Below are positions 18,998 to 28,706 of a stretch of DNA of 64,000 nt, in pieces. The stretch's first letter is position 1; each line of letters starts with the position of its first letter. Under the pieces are notes generated by a model, which ran no database searches, was not told the DNA's origin, and saw nothing but the letters and a program-made list of their open reading frames with translations. The DNA comes from an uncultured Gemmatimonadales bacterium (GTDB lineage Bacteria; Gemmatimonadota; Gemmatimonadetes; Gemmatimonadales; GWC2-71-9): NCBI GenBank assembly GCA_963842945.1, contig CAWJIM010000023.1:384001-448000 (forward strand), read 5' to 3'. A program made the translations under genes and the position numbers.

Positions 18998-20662
18998 TCC
19001 GGCTTTTTCCGGCTGCGCGTTCGGGCGCGCTTGGGAGGAGCTGCCTTGGCCGAGGCCTCGGCCGCGGCTTCGCCGGTCGGAGTGATGGCGGGCATCTCTG
19101 AGGGGGCAGCGGCTCGCTTCCGGGGGCGGCGTGGCCGCGGCCGTTTGGCCGGCGTCTCGGCCGGAGACTCGGCCTCAGTGCCAGCAGCCGTAGCCATGCC
19201 GTCGGGCTCACGGGCCTGGGCCGGCTCCGCCGGTGGCTCGATCCGAACGACGCCGATGAGCGGGATCTCACCCCCCCGGCTCGGACCCCTCGAACCCCGA
19301 CGGAACCGCACCCCGAATCGCTGGCCGTTATCCCGCTGGCCTGGAGCGCCGGCATCCTGGGTGGCGTCCGGGTTGGGCGGGGCAGGTTGCAGCTCCTCGG
19401 TGGGGAGCGCAGGCGGAGTGGCAGCACGCGTCGAACCACCTTGCGCCGAAATTTCGTAATCGTCGTCGCCCACCTTCCGGACGTCGGCGACTTCGGCGTC
19501 GTTGGCCTGTCTCAGGAGGCGAGGGAAACGGGCGGCATCGAGTAGCGCGTCCTCTCGGCCGTGCATGGCCACCATCCGGAGCCGTAGTGCCTCTTGGCCG
19601 ACCGGAGAGCGAAACTCCGAAAGGGCCTGCGACATCAGCTGGAAGGCCCGAGCCAGGGTGAGGCCGCTGTCCGGCCGTTCTTCCCGGGCGCGCGCGCCGT
19701 CGCGCCGGGAACCTCCGTTCATACGATCGCGAGGCGGCGCTCCTTCCCGCCCCGAGCGATCCCGTCCTCCCCGTCCCCGGCGTCCCCGTCGGCTCCGACC
19801 CCCATCTTCCCTGCCCCGGACGCGGCCCGACGCATCCTCCCGTCCCACCTCGCTCGGTAGCTGCACTGTGGGTTCTGTGCCCGGCGCATTCCCGCCAGGG
19901 CCAGGAGCGACTTCGTACTGCCCGTTGTCCAGCTTGGTGATCAGGACGACGCCCCGATGACCCGGCCTCGATGACGAACTTGCTGAAGCGGTTAAACCCG
20001 GCGTTGCGCTCGTCGAAGTTGGGATCGATCTGTTGCATGACCTGCTTGAGCCGGTCGGAGCGCATTACATCCCCGTTGCGGGCCATCTGCGCAACCGCCT
20101 CTGTGGCCAGCTCCCACGGGTCCCGCTGGGTGGACGGAGTGTCGACCTCCTTGGTAAGACCGGCCAGATCGTTGTACGAGTAGTACTCATCGCAGTTCTG
20201 AATCAGCAGATCGCTGGCCGATTCGCGTATCCCCACTCCGATGACGTACTTCCCGTACTCCTTCAGCTTGATGACCATGGTGGAGAAGTCGCTGTCGCCG
20301 GAGAGCAGGATGAAGGTCCCGATTTCCGGCCGGGTAAACACCAGCTCTATGGCATCGATGGCCAGCCGAATGTCCGTGGCGTTTTTCTTACTGGACCCGA
20401 ACGCCGGCGCAAAGATGAGATCGATGGAGGATTCGGACAGCGGAACGATGTACTGCGGATAGCGGCGCCAGTCGGCATAGGCGCGTTGTACGGCGACTTT
20501 GCCTTTGATGATGTCGCTGTTGAGCAGGGTGCGAAGTTCTTTCGTCAGGTCCTTCTGAATGCCCAGCGTGACGTTGTCGAAGTCAATCAGGAGGGCGGCG
20601 TGCGGTGCATGGACGGGGGGCTGACTCAGATGTCGGCCCGGCCGAATTAGCGGTCGGTTCAC
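18994..20662 (-). CDS. NYN-domain ribonuclease (LabA/DUF88) with LOTUS/OST-HTH domains and R/G-rich linkers; one frameshift near 19962
   Basis: LIDFDNV, AYADW, KNATD, LLSGDSDF; LOTUS-like FDERNAGFNRFSKF; C-terminal half continues in ORF 18994..19866. Confidence 0.88.
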
Positions 20663-20679
20663 TAGGCGCTCGGTGTCAG

Positions 20680-20816
20680 GCCAACCTCCTGCGCGAGCCC
20701 TCTCGCCGCACCAGCCGGCATGCGGCAGTGATTCGGGAGCTCACGAGGCCGGGAGACCTCTTGTGAAGGCGCGGAGCAGAACCTCTTTGGTTCTCGCTTG
20801 CCTGCGCCGGAGTTGG
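20680..20816 (-). ncRNA. Candidate structured cis-RNA (four-way junction) in the 5' leader of the NYN gene
   Basis: Manual pairing only: closing stem plus three internal hairpins. Confidence 0.4.
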
Positions 20817-20967
20817 GTCGGCTCTCACGGACATCGGGTACCGGCCACGGCGGCCGTGCCATGATGCCATCCCAGGATTATGCCAGCATCGATGAGACGC
20901 CGCCCGGGGCCGCCCGGCACGTCCATATCGGCTAGCTGGAACAATTTATCGAGGGGACCGAAGGAGA

Positions 20968-22137
20968 TCAACCGAACTGGGTCTCGCCGGCGGGCGGCAG
21001 GTCCAGGGCAAAATAGAACCGGGTTCCGTAGCCAGGCGCCGTCTCGACCTGCAGCACTGATCCCATGGCCTCGACCAGCTTTCGACAGATGGAAAGACCC
21101 AGCCCGGATCCGGAGAACGTATATTCGCCCAGCTTCTGTCTCCGTCTGAAAGGCTCGAAGAGGGTGGCCATGGACTGAGGCGGTATCCCCCGGCCGGTGT
21201 CTCGAACCGAGAACTCGATGCAGCGGGAGTTCCGGGCAACCGGCACTCACCTCCACCGAGCCTTCGGCGGTGAACTTGAGAGCATTGGTGGTCAGGTTGA
21301 GCAGCACCCGGCTCAAGGCCACCGGATGTCCAATCCGAAAGTCGGCGTCCGGCGACGTGACCTTCACCTGCAGGTTCTTCTCTTCCGCAATCGGCTGAAC
21401 GATGTCACGAACCGATTCCAGAATGTCCGTCACCGAGAACGGAATCGGGTCCAGATCCACCAGACGATCACCGCCGCGGGCCAACTCGATCACGTCGCTC
21501 GCGACGGAGCTGAGTCCAAACGCAGCGCTGTATATCAGGCCGAGCTGCCGTTCCTGAACCGGGTTGACCGAGCCGCTGCGACCGCGCTGCAGGGTTTCCG
21601 CCAGGAAGAGAATCGAGGTGAGGGGCGAGCGCAGGTCGTGCGCCACCTCCACGACCAGTTCCAGGCCATCCGGGGCGGAAAGCCGGTCGGTAAAATGCTG
21701 TGACCAGTCGGCCTCCAGATGCTCGGCAACAACCTCGATCGCATGAAGAACTCTGAGCAGCTGGGCAGGGTCGGGCGAGGGAAGGCTGCGCCCCGGGTGA
21801 TGAAGGCACCGCGAATCAGCCCCAGCAGGCGCCGAGAGAGGCGTTGCGGGGGACCGAACTGAGGTCGGCGGAGGTACCGGTTGCCTCCTGGCGAATGGCC
21901 GCGCTGAGATGGGCCAGGTGAGTGCGTGGCCTCCTCGGCTCCCGCGGCGTGCTCGGCCACTCGCTCCCACTCGGCCTCGGCCCACAACACCGAGTCGCGC
22001 AACGCATCCCAGAGGATGGGTGCGACGGGAGCGGAAGGTCCGTTGGGGTCCCAGGCGTGGACCGGTGCCCGCGGCTCCTGGGCTGCCCGGCGGCGCTCTC
22101 CGCTCGACGAGGCGGGCAGGAGCGTCTCAGGGGTCAC
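20968..22137 (-). CDS. Cytoplasmic sensor histidine kinase (frameshifted)
   Basis: VAHDLRSPL H-box, LLNLTTNALKF N-box, DTGRGI, GSGLGLSI in successive frames. Confidence 0.87.
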
Positions 22138-23658
22138 GCCGTCGACCCGGGGCTGTCGTCGCGCTGGAATTCGTGTTTGTCCATCAACCGGTACAACGTC
22201 GTCCGGTCGATGCTCGCGAGACGCGCGGCCTTGGACATGTTCCCCCCCGCTCGGCTGATCAGGCGAGTCAGGTACTCCTTTTCGAACTGGATGACCACCC
22301 GGTCCTTGGCCGGATGGTACGCCTCGTCCATGACCCCGGCAGGCGCAACCGTCTCAGCCGGCCACTCGTTCCCGTCGTCATAGACCGGGATATCGTTCGG
22401 CTGGATGTTATGGTCCGGCTCCGCCAGGACCGCCACGTGCTCGATCACGTTCTGCAGCTCCCGAACGTTGCCCCGCCAGGGTCGTGAGCGCAAGAACGCG
22501 ATGCTGGCCTCGCTCAACCGGGGAATCCGGTCGCCCATCTGGCGATGACGCTGCCAGTAGTAGGTCAGAAAGTGATTGGCCAGAAGCGGAATGTCCTCCG
22601 GGCGCTTGCGCAGCGGCGGGAGCTTGATCGGCACTACCCGCAGCCGGTAAAACAGATCGCCCCGGAGGACGCCCTCGTCCACCGCTTCCTGCGGCTCCCG
22701 GTTGGTGGCGGAGATGAACCGGACGTCTACCACCGCGTCCTGCTGTTCGCTGCCTACCCGGCGCACCACCCCGTCCTGGATGACCCGGAGGAGCTTGGCC
22801 TGAAGCGGCATTGACATCTCGGTAAGCTCGTCGAGGAAGAGCGTACCGCCGTTGGCGGTCTCCAACAGACCTGGCTTGTCCCGGTCGGCCCCGGTAAAGG
22901 CGCCCTTCCGGTGGCCGAACATTTCGGACTCGAGAAGCGGCTCAGGCAGGGCCGCGCAGTTGATCGGCACCAGCGTCCGGCTGGCCCGCCGGCTGTTCTG
23001 ATGGATGAATTGGGCGATGACCTCCTTGCCGGTGCCACTTTCCCCGCTGATGAACACCGACGCATCGGTCCCGGCCACTTTACGCGCGAGGTCGACCGCT
23101 TTGCGGAAGAGAGGCGAGATGCCGATCAGGGCGATCTTGTCGCTGTGACCGACCTGCTTCATCAGCTGGACTCTGAGGTCCTGGGCCTCACGCGACATCA
23201 TCACGGCATGCGAGGCCCGGCCAATCAGGACCTGGAGGTGGGTCGCGGAGAACGGCTTGGGCAGATAGTCCCAGGCGCCGGCCCGAAGCGCCTCGATGCT
23301 GCTGGTCACGCTCGGGTTTCCGGTCATGACCACGACGATGGTGTCCTTGTAGGCCTCCAGGGTCGGCCTGCAGGATCTCCAGGCCGGAGACCTGCGACAT
23401 ATAGAGGTCGACCAGGATGATGTCGAACTTGCGCCGGCGCACCGTCTCCAGCGCCTCCTCCCCCCGCCCGATCAGCGTGACATTGTAACCGTCCATCTGC
23501 AGCACGCTGGCGCAGCTCTCCCGGAGGGTTCGCTCGTCGTCGATCACCAGCACGCGAATGCTGGCTTTGACTTCACTGGGTATGGAGAGTGGATCGCGGG
23601 CGCTGCTGTCCGAAGCGGAAATGACATTCCGCTCGGTTTGGGCGAGAGGACTGACCAT
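22134..23658 (-). CDS. Sigma-54-dependent response regulator (REC-AAA+-HTH); one frameshift near 23366
   Basis: VLVIDDE, GESGTGKE, GAFTGA, FLDE, WRGNVREL, IDRTTLYR. Confidence 0.93.
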
Positions 23659-23798
23659 CCAATGACTCCCGGGGCGGACCGCGGAGGCGGTCGGTTTAAC
23701 TCAGATCCGGGTCAGCTGACCCGGCAAGCGTGGGCGATCTCCGAACCGCCATCCGGGCGAACCAACTGCTCCCCGGAACGACAGGAGTAGTAACGTTC

Positions 23799-24861
23799 TT
23801 ACCACAACTTGACGCAAAAGTCAAGCAGGTGATGCCCCCGGTCAACAGTTTGGGTGGCTAAGCGGGTGTCAGATCGTGGGTTCCACACAACAGTTGTAGG
23901 GATGCCGCTCAGGTGGGGGAGGTCAGCGGGGCTCTGATCGAAGGCTCTCACCTGTTCCGCGTCTCCGTCCCGCTTGAGCTCGCGAAGCGCAGTTGTGGCG
24001 CGGAGCAGCAGCTCCACGGCGTCGACCGGAGACTCGGCAAAGTCGGAGACGGCGCAGTACCCGGCCCGCATTTGAGGGATCGCTCTCCCCCTCTCACGGG
24101 TATGGGCGAGCCCTCGATGCTTGCCCCCAGCCGCTGGATCAGTCGAAGAGCTCCCTCACTCGAAGTTGCCGGCGCGATCACCGCAAACTCGGCATGACTC
24201 AAACGGCCGATTGCATCCGATGCTCGTCCGGCTCGCTTGAGGAGTTGTCCGACCTGCTCGGCGATTCGCTGGATTTCCTCGTCCGAGGATTCACCGGGCC
24301 CGCTCTCTTCCGCTTCGGGGGATATGACAACGCAGGCCAGCGGATCACGGCGGCGGAACGCGTCCGCCCCAATCTCATGGGCGCGATGGGAGAGGCCCCG
24401 CATGTTGTACAGTCCGGTGCCGGGTCCAACAGGCTCTCCTCCCGGAGTGCATCCACCTCGAGCTTGCATTGCAGGAAGGTTCGCAGCTTCAGCAGCAACG
24501 ACTCGCCGTCCAGGGGCTGGCCCAGAAACTCCCAGGCGCCCGCCCGGTACGCTTCGAGTCGCTGGGTACGGCCTGATGGCCCTGACGTGGTGATCACGAT
24601 CGGTGTGGTGGCACTGAAGCGGGGATCGCTGCGGAGCATGCGGCACACTTCGAAGCCGTGGATGTCCGGCATCTGGGCATCGAGGATGATCATGTCCGGC
24701 TGCGCGGTTCGGGCCCGCTCCAGCGCCTGCTGCCCGGTGTAGGCTCGCACCACGGAGTAGCCATTGGGACCCAGAATGCTCTCGAGCGATCGGGCTGACC
24801 ATTCTTGATCGTTGGCGATCAGAACCATCGGCGGGGAGGAAGCGTTGTCTCTATTTGCCAT
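23799..24861 (-). CDS. REC plus degenerate GGDEF protein; two frameshifts, 3' end uncertain
   Basis: REC (IILDAQMP); TGLYNMRG; RASDAIGRL-SHAEF in place of GGDEF. Confidence 0.8.
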
Positions 24862-25663
24862 TGCACTTCTTGCGAGAGAGTGGAAAGGACAGCCACCGGG
24901 GCTCTCTACCGGGTAGCAGGAGTCGTGCGCTTTCGGGACAATTAGTTAACGCTCTATAACACAGAAACTTGTCGTCGGCCACTCCAGCCCGCTCCAGCAT
25001 CAGGCGGTGTGACTACGCAACAGTTTGGATGCTGGGATGCCACGGCTCTTGACACCGTGCAGGTTGTGGCAATCGAGCGGATAGGTGTGTGGTGCTGCAG
25101 CAACGGAGGGTCATGCGCGGCAGCGGTGGGCCAGCCTCGGACCTTCTCCGCCAAGCCAATGACAACGAAGAGGTTAAGCAGCCTGGATGGTGACCGATCC
25201 TCCCGCCTGCCGCCCCGCCGGTTTTTCGGCTCCATCCTTGAAGCGGACACGGGCCACCCCTAGTAGTTCCAGCCGAACTTTTATTCGGAAGCTTTACACG
25301 AATGCCGATTGAACCGCTGCCTGACGTCACCGGCAACCGACGAGGGACAGGACGACCTCAAGCCTTCAGATCAGGCAGAGCTGCCAGTCGACCTTTCCCA
25401 GTTCAGTCAGCGACTGGCCAGCTTCGGCTTGGGCGAGTCGCCCGACCCGCTGCTGACGGAGGCACGTCCCCCCGCCAAGCGTCGACCGCAGCAACTGACT
25501 AGGGTCACAATCATGTACCGTGAGTCGCATCACAGGTGTCCCGTTCGGGCGCGTGTTAGGCTAATTTGGGGCTTCTTCCAGCCATTGGTCCACCCGCTCG
25601 AATAGAGGGATGCTGTTTTGTCGGTTTCGATGACTGAACTTTTTCCTCTCGTCGAGCGCCACC

Positions 25664-26431
25664 ATGGGAATTGCGATGCCGGGTATTCGGAGTAGCAACC
25701 CCTCGATTCCTGCCGTAACGGGTCTCGAGTCACCCCTCCCCCGTCCGCAGTACCGGGATTGGAGCCGCGGCGAGGTGGCGGAATCATCCAGCCCGGAGTG
25801 GCTGCGACGCAGCGTCAACTTTATCCTGGCGCTGGTTGCCTTGATCATTTTGCTGCCCGTCATGCTTTTGATCGCACTGCTGGTACGCCTCACCTCTCGC
25901 GGTCCAGTGTTTTACACCCAGGTCAGGGTCGGCTTCGACCGAAGGACCAACGCGCGGAGCTCGCAAAACCATCGCAGGGAGAGGAACCTGGGCGGCCAGC
26001 CCTTCACGATTTACAAGTTTCGCACCATGCGGGTGGACGCCGAGCATCAGAGTGGCGCGGTGTGGGCCCAGCAGGGCGATCCGCGGGTTACCTCGATCGG
26101 CCGGCTGCTGCGGCAGTACCGCCTGGACGAGCTGCCCCAGTTGATCAACGTGCTCCGGGGCGAGATGAACATCGTGGGTCCCCGCCCGGAGCGGCCCACC
26201 ATCTTCGCCGAGCTGCGGGAGCACATCGCCGAGTACCCGCTGCGGCAGCGGGCCCGGCCGGGAATCACCGGCCTGGCTCAGATCAATCACCACTACGACC
26301 GCTCGCTGGAAGATGTGCGGACCAAGGTGTATTACGACCTGGAGTACATCCGGCGCCAGTCGGTGGCCGAGGATTTCCGAATCATGCTCAAGACGGTACC
26401 GGTGATCCTGCTGCGCCGGGGTGGCTGGTAG
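25664..26431 (+). CDS. Bacterial sugar transferase (priming phosphoglycosyl transferase)
   Basis: One TM helix, FTIYKFRTM, DPRVT, LDELPQL, VGPRP, PGITG, YDLEY. Confidence 0.95.
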   Translation: MGIAMPGIRSSNPSIPAVTGLESPLPRPQYRDWSRGEVAESSSPEWLRRSVNFILALVALIILLPVMLLIALLVRLTSRGPVFYTQVRVGFDRRTNARSSQNHRRERNLGGQPFTIYKFRTMRVDAEHQSGAVWAQQGDPRVTSIGRLLRQYRLDELPQLINVLRGEMNIVGPRPERPTIFAELREHIAEYPLRQRARPGITGLAQINHHYDRSLEDVRTKVYYDLEYIRRQSVAEDFRIMLKTVPVILLRRGGW

Positions 26432-26552
26432 GCAAATTCATGGTGTCCGGTCTCTCCCCTTGCTCGTCGCCGTTGCTCCGGGGCCACAAAGCTGCCACAA
26501 TCGGGCTTCCGCCCGTGGGTGCCCACTAGAAGAGACTTTCCTTCCTCTTGCC

Positions 26553-26565
26553 ACTCAACAACTTA
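26553..26565 (+). promoter_or_regulatory. IHF-like site
   Basis: ACTCAACAACTTA, one mismatch to WATCAANNNNTTR. Confidence 0.45.
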
Positions 26566-26590
26566 CGCATTCAGTTCGGCTGGACCCCGG

Positions 26591-26606
26591 CGGAACGGCG
26601 ATTGCT
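26591..26606 (+). promoter_or_regulatory. Sigma-54 promoter of the glycan operon
   Basis: CGGAACG-GCGA-TTGCT with GG-N10-GC spacing, ~60 nt before ATG 26668. Confidence 0.6.
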
Positions 26607-26667
26607 GGCATGCCGGGGTCTTGAGCCATACCTTTCCGTGTTCAAAGACAGTGAGCGACTAGTCCGC

Positions 26668-27639
26668 ATGGTCTTGGCAAACCCTCAGGCTTTCCCCCTC
26701 GGCAATCCCGACCTCTCCGTGGTTGCTCCGCTCTACAACGAGGCGGAGAACGTGCGGCCTTTGGTGGAGTGGATCCTTCAAGCCCTCGATACCTATCCGG
26801 GCGTGTTCGAGGTGATCCTGGTGGACGACGGCAGTAGAGACCACACCTGGAGCGAAATTCGGGCGGCAGCGGCGGATCCCAGAGTTCTGGGACTTCGATT
26901 GGGCCGCAATGTCGGACAGACCGCAGCCATGATGGCCGGTTTCGACCATTCCCGCGGACGAGTCATTGTCTCGCTCGATGGAGACCTGCAGAACGATCCG
27001 CGGGACATTCCGGCCCTGATTGCAAAGCTGGATGAGGGTTACGATCTCGTGTGCGGTTGGAGGCGGCAGCGGCAGGACAAACTGCTGCTGCGGAAAATTC
27101 CTTCCTGGGTCGCCAATCGCCTTATCCGTCGGCTGACGGGAGTACCCATCACCGACAATGGCTGTTCCTTGAAGGCATATCGCCGCGACCTGCTCAACCG
27201 AATCTCGCTCTATGCGGAGCAGCACCGGTTCATTCCCGCGTTGTCCGCCAGCGTGGGTGCCAGGATCACGGAAATGCCGGTCCGCCACCATGCCCGGCGA
27301 TTTGGCGAGAGCAAGTACGGTATTTCCCGAACGGTAAAGGTGCTGGTCGACCTGCTCACTCTGAAAATGATCACCACCTTCCGATCCCGCCCGCTGGTGG
27401 GCTTTGCTCTGGCGGCGGTGCCTGCCATGGCCGTCGCCGTCGTATTTGGTGCCATGTGGGTATTCAGTCTGACCCACTTTGGAGCGGACAAGGCCGCGGC
27501 GCTGGTATTTCCCGGAGCGGGGCTTCTGAGCGTCGGGGTTGCCCTCTATCTCTTCATGCTCGGCTTGGTAGCCGAAGTCGCGCTCAGCAGCGAGCGGACC
27601 GGCGCTAACGATATTCCAGCTGCCGCGGAGATTCGCTGA
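26668..27639 (+). CDS. GT2 polyprenol-phosphate glycosyltransferase (ArnC/DPM-like)
   Basis: SVVAPLYNE, VDDGS, LDGDLQND, two C-terminal TM helices. Confidence 0.92.
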   Translation: MVLANPQAFPLGNPDLSVVAPLYNEAENVRPLVEWILQALDTYPGVFEVILVDDGSRDHTWSEIRAAAADPRVLGLRLGRNVGQTAAMMAGFDHSRGRVIVSLDGDLQNDPRDIPALIAKLDEGYDLVCGWRRQRQDKLLLRKIPSWVANRLIRRLTGVPITDNGCSLKAYRRDLLNRISLYAEQHRFIPALSASVGARITEMPVRHHARRFGESKYGISRTVKVLVDLLTLKMITTFRSRPLVGFALAAVPAMAVAVVFGAMWVFSLTHFGADKAAALVFPGAGLLSVGVALYLFMLGLVAEVALSSERTGANDIPAAAEIR

Positions 27640-27640
27640 C

Positions 27641-28630
27641 ATGAGCACACCCGGTATCCTGATGGAGCCAATGTCCACTACGCCCACGATGCCCCACCAC
27701 TCCGAAGCCGATCTGATGTCCGTCATCGTGCCGGTGGTGGAGCGCGCGGAGGACGTGGCGGCGATGTACCGCGCCTTCGCCGAGGTCTTGGATGCGCGCG
27801 AGCAGCCCTACGAGTTCCTGTTCGTTTTCGACGGGCGAATCACTCCCCCGGCCGATCTTGTGGCCCTCAGCCGAGACAAGAACAACGTCCGGATACTCCG
27901 GTTTGCCCGTGAGTTCGGTGAGACCGCGGCGCTGCGGCTGGGAATCGAGCGGAGCCGGGGCGAGCTGATCCTGACGCTACCGGCCTATTTCCAGGTGCGT
28001 CCCGAGGGCATCGGGCAGCTGTTGGATGCGGTAGAAGCGGGGGCCGATATGGCGGTGGCGAACCGCTCGCCCCGGCTGGACAGCTGGCTCAACCGGATGC
28101 AGTCCCGCGCCTTTCACAGTATCCTCGGCGGCGTGTCACAGCAGCGCTTCCATGATATGGCGTGCGGGGTACGGGTGATGACTCGTTCGGTGGCGGAAGC
28201 GCTCCCGCTCTACGGCGATCTGCATCGCTTCATCCCCGCATTGGCGCTACGGGAGGGATATAGAGTCGAAGAGGTTCCGATGGCCCAGCACCCCAGCGAT
28301 GCCCGGGCGCGAGTATATCGGCCTGGGGTGTACTTCAGGCGTCTACTCGACATCGGGGCTTTCTTCTTCCTGGCCAAGTTCACCGAGAAGCCGCTGCGCT
28401 TCTTCGGACTGGTGGGATCGGTGTTTCTCGCGTTAGGAGCTGTGATCAGCCTTGTTCTGCTGATCCAAAGGGTGGAGGGACAGGGAATCGCCAACCGGCC
28501 GGCTCTCTTGCTCGGAGTCCTGCTGGTGGCCCTGGGAGTTCAGCTCATCGGGCTGGGCCTGGTGGGTGAGATCATCGTCCACCTGCGTGCACCCCATCGG
28601 CGAGCCTACCGGGTCCGCGAGCGGACCTGA
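27641..28630 (+). CDS. GT2-like paralog with degenerate catalytic motifs
   Basis: Same architecture (LYGDLHRFIP, PLRFFG, C-terminal TMs) but FVFDG and TLPAYFQ replace DDGS and DxD. Confidence 0.8.
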   Translation: MSTPGILMEPMSTTPTMPHHSEADLMSVIVPVVERAEDVAAMYRAFAEVLDAREQPYEFLFVFDGRITPPADLVALSRDKNNVRILRFAREFGETAALRLGIERSRGELILTLPAYFQVRPEGIGQLLDAVEAGADMAVANRSPRLDSWLNRMQSRAFHSILGGVSQQRFHDMACGVRVMTRSVAEALPLYGDLHRFIPALALREGYRVEEVPMAQHPSDARARVYRPGVYFRRLLDIGAFFFLAKFTEKPLRFFGLVGSVFLALGAVISLVLLIQRVEGQGIANRPALLLGVLLVALGVQLIGLGLVGEIIVHLRAPHRRAYRVRERT

Positions 28631-28706
28631 GCGTCGTTAGCCTTCAGTGATGATGTCGACATGCAGGGCTCTCGAATGAGGCTCCCGACATCAGCCTTAT
28701 TGGGCC

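Noticed and set aside
25302..25605. Small ORFs in the divergent intergenic region
   Set aside because: Competing frames, no clear SD or recognisable motif; cannot be supported
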